A stretch of DNA of 64,000 nucleotides from the human T2T-CHM13v2.0 reference genome, Homo sapiens, in the NCBI RefSeq assembly GCF_009914755.1, contig NC_060926.1; one strand, written 5' to 3'. Positions within the stretch are counted from its first letter, which is position 1, and each line of letters begins with the position of its first letter. Both the position numbers and the translations under genes were made by a program. This document shows positions 13,950 to 27,900 of the stretch, in pieces. Under the pieces are notes generated by a model that was not told the origin of the DNA, made no database searches, and saw only the letters and a program-made list of their open reading frames with translations.

Positions 13950-14180
13950 ATGATAACCATCACTTGCTGAGTGCCTACAGTGTATGTGAAACTACATTAA
14001 GCACTTTGTATCATCTCATGTAAACCTCACAACAACCCTGTGATGTAGGTATTGCCATTCCCGTTTTATAGAGAAGAAAACTGAGGCCTAGAGAAGCTAA
14101 TCTGCAGCTCACAGATGTTCAAATAGTTTGGAGTTGAAATTGGGGTCTATCCTGCCCCCAAGTTTGCGCTCCTGGCCACT
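13950..14180 (-). mobile_element. MIR
   Basis: cctcacaacaaccctgtgatgtaggtattgccattcccgttttatagagaagaaaactgaggc. Confidence 0.8.
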
Positions 14181-15655
14181 GATTGTGTTATACTAACTCC
14201 TGAACCCTCACGCTCCAAGACCGCACAAAAAGGCGTCGTCAAAAGGGGAGAAGAGTTTATGAGTGTCTCCCAGGACCATTGAGGGGGCCCGGCAAGTCGG
14301 GGTACAAGATTTGCTCAGCCGAGAAAATTCATTTTAAGTGGGTTTTGGGTGGGAGTAAAGCGTCCTTGGTAGTGAAATGTCTGTATTCAGTGACTTCAAG
14401 CTGGGCTTGTGAATTTATATGAATAATTTGTTAATGGCAGTTACAGGAGTTGAAGTAATTTACGTGGTCATAAGGGAGTAAAATTCTGCCCTGGAATGTG
14501 CATGTGTATTCAAGCCTCCCCCTCTGTGGTTTGCCACAGGAAAGCATGGCAGGTCTGAGGTCTTTGGAAGCCTTGCTCATGATTGCAAACGAGACCAGGC
14601 CAGGGTCTGTGAGAGCTTAGCCATGCACCCAACCTCATTGTGATGTCCTGACATCTTCTAGATTGCAAACATCAACGTGTTCCTTTGCATGAGACCACTG
14701 GGGTGGGAGGGTTACTCTTAGCTCTGAGATACCCAGTGAGAAGCGTGAGGGCACCTTCCCCACTCAGTAGTGCATCTGAGGTTGGTAGGTTCCCAGGCTA
14801 GCCCACCACACTGACTGACATGATCTTGTCTGATGGAGACCCAGGGGTTTCCATCCCACATCCGAGCATGTTGTTATTCATGCCCCAGCCTTTGCACAGG
14901 GCCATGCTGTTTGCACACCAAGCCCTCCGCAGTGTGGGGGTGGTAGTGGAGGGCTCAGTTAATAGCTGCTGCTTTGATATCAGGCTGTGAAGGACACTCT
15001 TGGGGCTCTGGAGCCAGGGGAGGACAATTGACGGGGGCTGAGGCAGGGCAGAGGGAGCAGAATCCAGTGGCTATGGCAGTCACTGCCCTGGAGAAACTCA
15101 CGAAGGGGCAGGGGACACAGCAAGGGTCCCCCAGTGCATCCCTGGTCCCCCTGTGCCATGACGAGCACAGAGTATCCACTGCTCATTTTCCCCAGAATTT
15201 GGAGACAGCCAGAGTGTAGGGCCTTTTCATCCTAACACACAGAGACAGCCCGTGCCCGTCGGCAAGACATGACGTCGTTCCTGTGCCTCCCAGAGCATCT
15301 CCTGAGTCATCCGTCCCAGCACCCCCCTGCCCCAGGGCCTGCCCAAAGCAGGCGTATTGTGTTACCCTTTCTCCTTGCGCTTTTCTTGGTAACAGCACTG
15401 GCTGCGGCTCCTGCACAGAGGCCTCCTGGAGACATTCTGTCCTGGTCGGCCCCAAAGGCTGGCTCTGAGTCAACACGTCCATCCCTACCCTGGAAGCTCT
15501 TCCTCACTCTGCCCAGAGTCCTGTGTGAGGCCAGTGGGGAACTTTTAGGAAGCCACAACAGGGGTAGGGGGTCAGGAAAGCTGTGACTGTGGCTTAAAAG
15601 CAGGTGAATGTCCCTCCTACCCAAGGGACAGCTCCAGGCAGCTGCTCTACGTGAA

Positions 15656-15795
15656 TTTTTTTTTTTTTTTTTTTTTAAGGAACAAGGTCTTGCTGTGTTG
15701 CCCAGACTGGTCTCGAACTCCTGGGCTCCAAGCAGTCTACCCATCTCAGCCTCCAAAAGTGCTGGGATTACAGGCGTGAGGCACCACTCCCGACC
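15656..15795 (-). mobile_element. Free left Alu monomer (FLAM-like)
   Basis: Poly-T followed by a single left arm (ctcgaactcctgggctc...gctgggattacaggcgtgag); degenerate TSD tctac[g/a]tg. Confidence 0.85.
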
Positions 15796-17172
15796 TCTAC
15801 ATGGGAATATTCTGTCCTCACGGTCTGAATCCCGGGTCAAGGGAAGACCTGGAAGTGTATGAGGTTGGCTCTCAGGTGCTACTCAGGCCTAGCCCAGGGG
15901 AGCCACACCCCATTGGCTCAGTGAGATCAGGAAGCAGGAGAGGGTCTGCTCAGCCTAGGCCAGCTTGGACTTGCCAGCAATTCTGGGGCTTCATAGACCC
16001 CTCTGATTTCTTAGGAAAAGACATCACAGCTCTTGCCAATCCATGAGTCACTGAGTATGGCGTGAGCCACCCTCTGTGCCCAGCCTGATGGTGGGCAGTC
16101 TGGGGTGAGGTCAGGACAATGCCTCTCTTCAGGGTAGGTCAAAGTCAGGGAAGTGACCCCCCACCCCAGGGCAAACAAGGGCTCAGGAAAGCAGGTTTGA
16201 GGTCAGAAGTGAAGTTGGACAGCCTTCCCTGGACCCTGGAACCGTGAGAAATGCCCACCCTGTAGGAGTTTCTGTAGCTGCTGGAGCCAGAAAAGGCAGC
16301 CAGAGGTAGGGCCTCAATCCAGAAACCCCGTTCATCCCACGTGGCTGGATCCCACCTCCAACCAGCAGTCAAGGTGTTTCCTGGGCTGGAAGATGAAGGC
16401 TACAGCGGCGGCGGTCAGGGCTCTGACAGCAGGAACAGGGGCATGTCCTCTGAGTTCTTGGGGGACCTCTGCTGGGCCCTGAGCTCTGTGTCTCGGGACA
16501 AAAATCCCAGATTCCAGAGCTGAAGGCACTTCCCAGGTTTCCTACCCAGCCAGTTGCTTTCCAGGTGGGGTCTGAGGCCCAGGCCTTTTGAAAGGCCCTG
16601 GCACGTTTGGAATAAAAATTCTGAAAGTGCTGATTTTTTAAAAGAGGGAGATCGAGGAGGCTGGCCGGGAAAGCATACCCTTCCTCGGGTGCTGGAGCCC
16701 AGGAAAGCCGTAAACACTGTGAGTCCACATCCCAGCCCTTCCCTGTCTCCAGGCCAGTCCAGCATTGTGTCCAGCCCTGGGGAGCAGGCCAGGCCGAGGA
16801 GCCCTGGTGGATTCCATCAGAGGCCCTGGTGCAGCTGCATTCACGGTCCAGCGGGAAAGGAAGGCTGCACTCAGCCCATCCCCGAGTTCAGTGCAGGAAC
16901 AGCTCTTACGGGGTCCCCACTGGCCACCCAACATTGTCCCCGTCTCCTCCAGAGGGACTGTGCCCAGAGGAGGTGCCCAGATTTGTGGCGAGGTTGACCA
17001 TAGCACCATGAAGTCGGTTCTGTGAGCTCAGGCCTGGGTACTGGGTGCACAGTTCTAGTGTGGGTCTGGTCTTCAGTGCTCAGGGTCTGGGGCAGCCCCC
17101 GAGGGGACCGTGTTGCTATCCAGTGTGAAGCATCTAGACAAAGGACCATTGGACAACTGGAAGATCCTTTCT

Positions 17173-17436
17173 TTTTTGTTTTTTTATTTTTTTTATTTTT
17201 TTTATTTTTTTGAGACAGAGTCTCACTCTTTCGCCCAGGCTGCAGTGCAGTGGTACAATCTGGGCCTCCCGAGTAGCTGGGACTACAGGCGCCCGCCACC
17301 ACGCCTGGCTGTATTTTTAGTTGAGACGGGGTTTCACCGTGTTAGCCAGGATGGTCTCGATCTCCTGACCTTGTGATCTGCCTGCCTCGGCCTCCCAGAG
17401 TGCTGGGATTACAGGCGTGAGCCACTGCGCCCGGCC
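17173..17436 (-). mobile_element. AluY/Sc-type element with an internal deletion of about 50 bp in the right arm
   Basis: Diagnostic gttagccaggatggtctcgatctcctgacc; TSD tggaagatc[c/a]tttct at 17158-17172 and 17437-17451. Confidence 0.92.
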
Positions 17437-18149
17437 TGGAAGATCATTTCTATTCTCTATAACTGAGGCAGTTGCTGCTGGTTACCGGGCTTGCTAATAA
17501 ATGGCCCCACTGGGACGCAAGTGTCACAGGGGGAGAGACTTGACAGTGATGAAAATGACTGATTTCCTGGGAGACAGCATTCCCTCCAGCAGCAGCAGGA
17601 GCCCTGGAGGTGGCCTTGGGGGGCTTTTCCTTCTGGTTCTGACACTACCATGTCCTGAGAGCTCAGGCCCCTGGAGCACTGAGTGCCCATCTGCAAAATG
17701 GAGAGAGAGCAAGTCACTTGGAGTCATTTTAGACCATCATAGATCTGAGCAAGAGGCAGGGTGAAGACAGAAAGGAGGACCCTCTGAGGTTAGAGGGGAC
17801 CCCTTCCCTGGAGGTGGTGTCCTTACCACGCCTCTCCAGTGCCTCCTCCTCCCTGCTCCTTGCTGCCTGTCGGCCTGAGGTCCCCATCCTGACCCATGCT
17901 TCCTGCCCCCCAGCTGTGGGCTGCAGCCAAGGCCAGGGAAGCAGTTGTCCCCTCAGCCGTTTGCAGTACAAGGGCCAGGCCCCTCTGATGGGGAAATAGG
18001 AAGGGCTGTTGGGAGGGTCCGCTGAGCGCCCCAACTCCACCTGGCCCTGCCTGCTAGATCAGGCCTGATCTGACCTGCCACCGCCTTCCCTGGAGTAAGG
18101 CCTCAGCCACTGGGAGGGCAGCGTGGCCCTGTTCTTTTTCCTTTGTTGC

Positions 18150-18500
<351 letters not shown>

Positions 18501-18782
18501 TAGGGCCCAGACCAGGCCTTCCACAGAACACAGCCCCCGGCGCCCCAGGAACTGCGCATGGTGAGGGACCGTAAGAAGCCCTTGCCCTTCATCTTCTCTC
18601 AGTTTTTGTTGAGCTACAAAGTCGATTTGGTATATTTTCAGAACATGTAACTCCTTAGTGATTAGACTGCCCATGAAAATAGACACATATCCTAGCCTCT
18701 AGGCCCAAAAGAAAGAGGAACTATAATAAAAGCAAAGAAGTCATTCAAGCCCTCCTCCTTCTCAGGTGCTTAGCACACGTGA

Positions 18783-19110
<328 letters not shown>

Positions 19111-19181
19111 AAGGGAAAACCTGTCTTAAAGGACAAGTGAGAGTATGGGAGTTTCAGGTGGGGGGATCATTCCGTGAGCTA

Positions 19182-19278
19182 GTGTGTGTGTGTGTGTATG
19201 TGTGTGTGTGTGCGTGAGAGAGAGAGAGAGGGAGAGAGAGAGAGAGGGAGAGAGAGAGAGAGGCAGAGAGAGAGAGAA
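19182..19278. repeat. Compound microsatellite (TG)n(AG)n
   Basis: Read directly. Confidence 0.95.
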
Positions 19279-19865
19279 AGGAGAGAGGGAGGAATGAAAA
19301 GAGATGATTGATTCCAGAACATTCCCGGGCCTTGCACACAGCCTGCTCAGGAAAGCTGGAAGGTCCTCCTCCCAGCCGCTCTGCTGCTGGGTGCAGGGGT
19401 CTCTGGCCTCCTTTGTTTCACGTCCCTTGTGTGATTGCAAGGCGCCCTTCCTGTGACTCACTGTGTCCTTGCCTTTCCCAATTTCCAACTCAGTTTAGCC
19501 AAGGGATCTAAGGCACGGGGTTAGGCACTGCCTCAAAGCATCTTAGGAATCTGCCCAAAATTCCGTGTTCATCCTGACCGATTTAACAATTAAAGGATCA
19601 CTTTATGAAATTCCTTGTCTTATAAACGCAATTAGCAGTTTTAATCTCCTGAGGGAACAAATCATTCACTGCTTGATGGGAGTTGGTTTTATCAGAGAAT
19701 TTTGCTTCTAAAGTTAAACTGAAATAAAAGCAGAGGGGAAGAGGAGAGTCATTTATGGGGCATCTGAGGGCAGCTCAGGGAGAGCAGAAGGGAGCTTGAT
19801 GCTTGCAGAACCCACACTCAATGGCAGGCACTGTCCTAGTCCCTTAGACACCCTTAGCTAGGGCT

Positions 19866-20222
19866 TATCTTAGCCCATTCAGGCTGCCATAACAAAATAC
19901 TGTAAACAGGGTGGCTTAGAAACAACAGAAATGTATTTCTCACAGTCCTGGAAGATGAGAAACCCACGATCAAGGCACCAGCCAATGTGGTGCCTGGTAA
20001 GGGTTGGGCCTGGCTCATGGACAGCACCTTCTAACTGTACTCCATGGTGGAAGGGGCAAGCTCTGGTCTCATGAGCCCCATATGAGGGCACTAATCCCAT
20101 TGGTGAGGGCCCCACCCTCATGACCTAATCACTTCCCTAAGGCTTCCCCTTCTCATACCATCACACTGGGGGTTAGGTTTTGACATGGATTTTGAGAAGA
20201 CACAAATATTTAAACCACAGCA
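19866..20222 (-). mobile_element. MLT1A-type MaLR solo LTR
   Basis: ggctgccataacaaaatac...ggtggcttagaaacaacagaaatgtatttctcacagt; perfect 5-bp TSD gggct at 19861-19865 and 20223-20227. Confidence 0.9.
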
Positions 20223-20235
20223 GGGCTCTGCCACC

Positions 20236-20342
20236 CACAGACCAGGAGGTGGTGACTCAGAGAGGGCCTGCAAACTGCCCAGACCACACAGACCAGGAGG
20301 TGGTGACTCAGAGGGGGCCTGCACACTGCCCAGACCACACAG
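20236..20342 (+). repeat. 51-bp tandem duplication (2.1 copies), each unit carrying TGACTCA
   Basis: Units 20236-20286 and 20287-20337 differ at 2 positions. Confidence 0.95.
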
Positions 20343-20605
20343 GAGCTCAGAGATCAGCTGGGGATTTGAAAGGTGGTCACTCTGACCCCAGAGAAGAATC
20401 TCTTCCCACTGCCCCAAGCTGGGAATGCCAAAGGGAAGATGGGATTGAGAAGCAGAGGGGATGCAGAAAAGGCTGCCCAGGAGAACCATTAGCAATCCAT
20501 TTTGGTTTTTTAGTCTTGAACCAAATGGAAAAGTTACTTTTAATGAAATATCTGAAATCCAGTCATACCCTATCTTATACATATTTGGGACTACATTCTT
20601 TAGAG

Positions 20606-20940
20606 CAGGGGTCACCCACCCCCACAAACCAGTACAGTCCATGGCCTGTTAGGAAACAGGTGCACAGCAGGTGAGTGGCAGGCAAGCCAGCATGACCACC
20701 TGAGCTCCATCTCCTGTCAGATCAGCAATGACAATAGATTCTCATAGGACCGTGAACCCTATTGTGAACTGTGCATGTGAGGGATCTAGGTTGCATGCTC
20801 CTTATGAGAATCTAATACCCGATGATCTGAGGTGGAGCAGTTTCATCCCAGAACCATCTCCCCACACCCCCAGCCCCATCCATGGAAAAATTGTCTTCCA
20901 CAAAAGTGGTCCCTGCTGCCAAAAAGGTTGGGGACCACTG
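20606..20940. mobile_element. MER1B hAT-Charlie DNA transposon
   Basis: Termini caggggtc...ggggaccactg; internal tagattctcatagg / ccttatgagaatcta palindrome; 8-bp TSD c[t/c]ttagag. Confidence 0.92.
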
Positions 20941-22139
20941 CCTTAGAGAGCTCTGAACTTGTTTCTTTTGTGAGCAAGCCTCTGTCATCATGTGAACTGC
21001 CGTTCCCCCAATTTATATGTTTAGTCACTTTAGATTCTCTCACACTCATCTCTTTCTAGGGACCCCGGAATTGTCCCAAGATGAGGAAGGAGGGAGGGCG
21101 GGAGGGTGATTCTCCAGCCTACAGGTAGTCAGTAGTTGACCCAAAATGTCACCTTTTGTTGTCCACACAAAGACAGTAATTTCCATCTCCATTCCCAGCA
21201 TGATGGGAGGGAAAAAGGAATGCACAGAAGTCATTTGGAGGAAGTTCCCACATACAGAAGAGAGTAAAACTTTGTCTGTAAACATGAAAATAACAGCATC
21301 TGCTGGTGAAGTTTTGGTCTTTTATTTTGTGTTCTCCTAAACATATCTATAGCTTACTGTCTGTACCAGGAACTCCCACGCGCCTGTGAGGTCTCTTGCC
21401 TGTTGCCCTGACTTGCAACTGAGTATTTCATTTTTGTGTTCATCCTTCTTCCCCTACAAGACTGCAGTCTCCTTGGAGGTAGGGCCCAGTCTTTTTTTTT
21501 TTCCTCTGTCTTATCTTCTATGCCTGGAATATCGTAGGAGCTCAGAAAATGTTTGTTGTTTTGTTTTTATTCAAAGTTAGAGCTATAATTCACAAAATAC
21601 ACACCTCACATTTACTCTGTTAAATTCTTCCTTTAATTGAAATGCATTCATTTGGAGAAAGCGATGCTGATAGGAAGCAGATAACTGGAGAACCGATGAT
21701 TTTCTAAGTGCTGTGGGCCCCTTAGGATGTGAATTACAATATGGAGCGTTTAGATACCAAACCCATTGGGGGAGGCACTGAGGATTATCCATTCTCGCAC
21801 AGAGCACTCAATACAAACCCCAACTCATATTAATTAAAAATTCTAAATCACACAATTGTTTTTTTCTACGAATACTTATATGCTCTGTTTTATCACCATT
21901 AATAATAACGATAAAGATAATAATAATAATAAAACTACTGTGTGATTAAGGTGCAGATAAGCAATTAGGAAATAAAATATTTACAGGTTTTTAGGGAGCC
22001 CTGTGCTCAGAATGGGAATAGGATAATTACAATGGAGGTTTAGTATGAGAGCTCATTCGAGAAGATTCTCCACTGAGAGTTGAAGTCAGTCACTGGGTTC
22101 TATTTTGTCTGTGATTCTATCAACCTGTTCCCCTGATAT

Positions 22140-22700
22140 CAGTCATTTAGTCACTCATTCATTTGACACAGATGTATTAAGTGTCTCGAACATGCCAGGC
22201 AGTGTGCTAGATGCTGGAACATGAGGGTAAATAGAACATTCCCCACTCCTGTGGTCTAGGGGTGGTTATGGCATTACAGCCAGGAGGGAGATGGCCTGCA
22301 GTGGCAGGGCACTGTGTCTAAGTCGAGGACTATAGGATGAGTTGGAGAGCTCCAGGAGAAAGTGTGGGAGAGAGAATTCCCTGGAGACGCCTGGTGAAGA
22401 GTTGTAAGCTTGGTGCTTGTGAGGACTGAAAAGTCATTGAGCCCTTTCACTGGAGAAGGCAGCAATCAGAGATGAGCTGGAGAGGTGAGCTGGGACCACA
22501 TCCTGAGGGCTGTGGGGAGCCACAGATGGGTTTTTGTGAAATAGAGAGCAGGTGTGCTCTTCAGAATGCGCCCCCCTCGGCTGGTTGTGGAGCGAGGGAA
22601 TAGGAATCAAGGATGCCTGTGTGGAGCCGGGTGCAGAATTTCATGATAACCGTGGCCTAGAGATGGGTAATAGTGAGAAAAGGGGGAATGGGGGGATTTC
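22140..22700 (-). mobile_element. L2 fragment
   Basis: cactcattcatttgacacagatgtattaagtgtctc...gccaggcagtgtgctag, the reverse complement of the L2 tail. Confidence 0.65.
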
Positions 22701-22724
22701 AGACATGCATGACAGATGATGATA

Positions 22725-22930
22725 ATAATGATGACAAATACATAATACGCTCTTACCATGTGCCAGAGCCTACTACAAGCACTTTGCGTGTTTATTTGGT
22801 TCAACCTTCCAACAAAACCCGTGAGGTAGTGACTTATCCCCATTGTATGGGTGAGGAAACCCAGACACAAAGAGATTAAATAGTTGGTGCAAGACTACAC
22901 TAATCTAAGTAGCAAATGGGAATCAGACTC
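22725..22930 (-). mobile_element. MIR
   Basis: ttatccccattgtatgggtgaggaaacccagacacaaagagattaa. Confidence 0.7.
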
Positions 22931-23904
22931 CTGTTTGGATGTGAACCCACCCCTGACCCCCCACTTCTTTCCAGAGCCCATGGTCCACACTACTGTCTTC
23001 AGTGACATGGGGGTACGGGAGGTCCATTACTCAGGTAGGGAGGGTAGGCAGAGCAGATGAGTTGCTTTTGTGACACATACCCCTGACAGTCCCTCAGGGA
23101 TCACATGGTATCAGAAGCAGTGGAGAGTCCTCATCCCTGGCTGGCCATCTCCCCCACCCCACAAAGCCCTTCCTCCCAACACTTGGAAATAAAGCCTTTC
23201 AACTGGATGCTAGTAGTCAGGGACTGTCTTGGGGTGGGATGGGGCGATACTGCTGCTGGGTCTGTTGGGCCCATGGCCAGGCCTCAGCTCCAAACTCAAC
23301 TCTTGCTGGCCTCTCGGTACTGAATTGCACCTTGCTGTATTCGTTCTGGTGTGCTTTGGAGAACCAATTGATTTCCCAGCTCCCTATCTTGTCACTATCT
23401 GAGTGAGCTTTTATGGAGAATCTGCTGCTCTTTGAGAAGTTTCATGGACATTTTCTTCATCTTTTCCTGGAATGAAGTTCATAAATTGGTGCTTTAAGAG
23501 GCTTGGTCCGGAATGAGCTGCAGGGAATGGCTAGTTTAAAGACGTGGTCATCTCTCCTCAGTTCCGCACTTCCCCATAGGCCCTCTGTCTGCATTTTCAC
23601 TGTGGGACTTATGTGGCTTCTGACTCTGAAATTTTCAGTTTCATCAGTCATGATCAGCAGATTGCCTCTTGCCATCACTCCAGACTTGTCCTTTGCAAGG
23701 CTTGGTCCTGGGACAAGAAATAGCCCTGTGTGGTGGGGCGGGTGCCCTGAAATGCTATGCAGAAAGCCTGGGTCCTAACTGTGTCTCAATTCACTACAGA
23801 AACTGGGCCCAGATCACCTTCCATTCTGGACCTCACTCGCCCCTGCAAAAGTAGAAATGCAAGTTCATGTTGTTGGATAAATATTTGCAGCAGTAAAGTA
23901 AGAT

Positions 23905-24094
23905 AATAGATTCATGTATTTATTCACCATTTATTAATCACTTATTCTGTGCCAAGCACAGTTTCAGGTGCTTTGGTTAGAGTAATAAGCAAGATAAACA
24001 AAAATTACTGCCCACATGGAGCTTACCTTCAAGTGGATGGAAAGACAATGAATAAGTAACAAAAATATCTAGTATGTTAGATGGTAATAAGTGC
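23905..24094 (-). mobile_element. L2 3' end (host of the L1 insertion; continues at 27692)
   Basis: atttattcaccatttattaatcacttattctgtgccaagcac...ctgcccacatggagcttac...gatggtaataagtgc. Confidence 0.75.
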
Positions 24095-25509
24095 TGGCGA
24101 GTTCCATGTTCAAAATGATGAATGAGGAAATGCTGACCAAGCCTTCTGTTGAAGATAGTTAGAAAAGCAGGTAGTGTCTAATAACCATTGTCTTGAAGGC
24201 ATTGGAGAGGTAACAAGACACGGTGAGCTGCTATTCGATTCGGGTCTGGGAAGCACAGAGGCCCGTGGAGGTAAGCCTTATGCTTACAGCCAGTTTTCCT
24301 CTAGGAGTATTTGGCAGTTCTTAAGAGACAGATGAGAGCTGAGCAGGGCGCTTGACAGCAGGCTTGCAGGGTCAGAGGACCAGGATTGGAACCCAGAGTC
24401 TGCCAAGGGGGCCAGTGGGTTCCAGTGACCCCTGTACTTTCTTTGGCCTGGGACTCTGAAGGGCTGCACACTGGGCCCTCTGAGGAGCTGCCTCTCTGCT
24501 TCAAATCCTCTGGGTTCTCCAAAATGAATTAAGGTGATCCCGTATTACTAGTATCCCTAGGTGCCCAGCAGAAGCAGACAAATAATCTTAGGAGAAAGAT
24601 ACCATCTTGACCTCAAATTATTTCTAAAACAATGTGCAAAGGTAGAATCTGTAACGTAATTTCAAAAATAATCAGATACAAGGAGACCACAATAACAAAT
24701 ATCAGTAGAAACAACAGAAAATAGAAAGACCCATAGGGGTTCCAGATATATTGGAATTCTCAGACACAGACTTTAAAATAACTCTGCTTACCATGTTCCA
24801 GATGTTAAAAGACCAAAATTGGAATTTTCAGCAGAGAACCAGAAACTATATATCTTTTTAAAAACCCAAATGTAAATAACCACATAATACCCCAAATTAA
24901 GAATTCAATGTCGAGTTTAACAGATGCAACCAAAAAAAAAAAAGGATTATGAACTGAAAGATTGATTAGAAAAAAAAATCCACCTTAAGTAAAGAGAGAC
25001 CAGAGAAAAAATGCAAAAAAAGGCGGGGAGGTGGGGCAGTAGGAGTTAAAATGAAAATGTCTAACACACGTATAATTGGGATTCCAGAAAAAGAGGAGGA
25101 AGAAACTGTGTCAGAAGCAATATTTCAAGAAAATGGGTGAGAACATTTCTAAACTGTTGAAAGATATCAAGTCATAGATTCAAGAAACACTTTACAAGCA
25201 GGATAAATGAAATCTAAACCAAGGCATTCAGAGTAAAACTGCTGAAAATTAAAGACAGAGAAAAATCTAAAAAGCAGGTGGAAGGGAAAGACAGATTACT
25301 TTGAAAAGTACAATGACAAAATATATAACTGACTTCTCAATAAAACATTGCAAGTCAGAAGTCAATGGTGTGATATCTTTAAAGTGCTAAAAGAAATTGC
25401 CAGCTCGGAATTCTATACCCAGTGAAAATGCCCTTAGAAGAAAGAACAAAAATAAGATTTTTTTAAAAAGTTCAGACAAACAGTGAAATAATTTGTCACC
25501 AGAAAGCCT

Positions 25510-25860
<351 letters not shown>

Positions 25861-26530
25861 TTAATTCAAAGCAAAGGTTAGAGTTTCAGGAAGCAATGAA
25901 AAGCAACAAAAAATGTAAAAATAAGGCTATAGATAAATAAATATCAATTGTATACAAAGATAAAAAATCTCTTATGAAACAACATATATAGAGAGAAATA
26001 AATGCAAAAAAGGCTTAGAAATGGGGTGGAGAACAAATGAAATGAAATTATTTTAAGGCCCTTGAATTGTTTTAAGGCCAAGGAAGAGAGTATAAGTATC
26101 AATATTACACTTCAATAAGTCAAGGATGAGGGATGTAATATCTATGGATATTACAATGAAATACAAAATACCTAATCCAAAAGAAGACAAAGGAGAAAAG
26201 AATAAAAGGAACACAGAACAAGTGAGACACAGAGAGCATTAGCAAAATGATCAATTTAAACCTGAATACATCAGTAATTACATCAAATGTATATGCTCTA
26301 ACCAAAAGACAAAGCTTTTCAGACTGAAATTTTAAATTCTCACTCTATGCTATTTATAAAAAACACATTAAAAGAGAAAAGGTATAGAAAGATTAAAGGG
26401 AAAAGGGTAGAGGAAGGCAAAAAGATATACTATGCATAAAAGCAGGTGTAGCTACATCAGTATCACACAAAATTGACTTTAAGACAAGAAACAATACTTC
26501 ATAATTACTATTTTTTAAAAACCCATCCTT

Positions 26531-27442
<912 letters not shown>

Positions 27443-27691
27443 GAACATAGAACATAGCCTCAAAATATAAAAGGCAAAAATTGACAGAACTAGAAGGGAA
27501 AAAATGAATTCACAGTCACAGTAGGAAATATTTAACACATTCTCTAAACAACAAAACAAACAGACAAAAATAATAATAATAAAGGTATAGAAGATTTGCA
27601 AACACAATTAGTAAACATGACAACGGCTTAGAGAATATTGTACATAAAATCTAGGGAATATGCGTTCTTCAGAATCACACACATAATATTG

Positions 27692-27900
27692 ATAAGTGCA
27701 ATGGAGAAAAATGAATAAGGAGTGTTAGCTGTGAGATTTGAAATAGTAGGGTTCGGAAAGAGCTCTCTGTGGTTGCCTTTGAGCAGAGACCCAAGGAGGT
27801 AAGAAAGGAGGTCACTCGGGTCGCTGATCGCTGAGGGAGGAACATTGCAGGCTCCAGGCTGAGGCAGGGTGGGCTGGTGTGTTCAGGAAACAGCAGGGAC
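27692..27900 (-). mobile_element. Continuation of the L2 split by the L1
   Basis: ataagtgcaatggagaaaaat...tttgagcagagacc...ctggtgtgttcaggaaacagc is L2-like. Confidence 0.65.

Noticed and set aside
20236-20342. Tandem units considered as a CRISPR-like array
   Set aside because: Only two adjacent units, no spacers, eukaryotic context.
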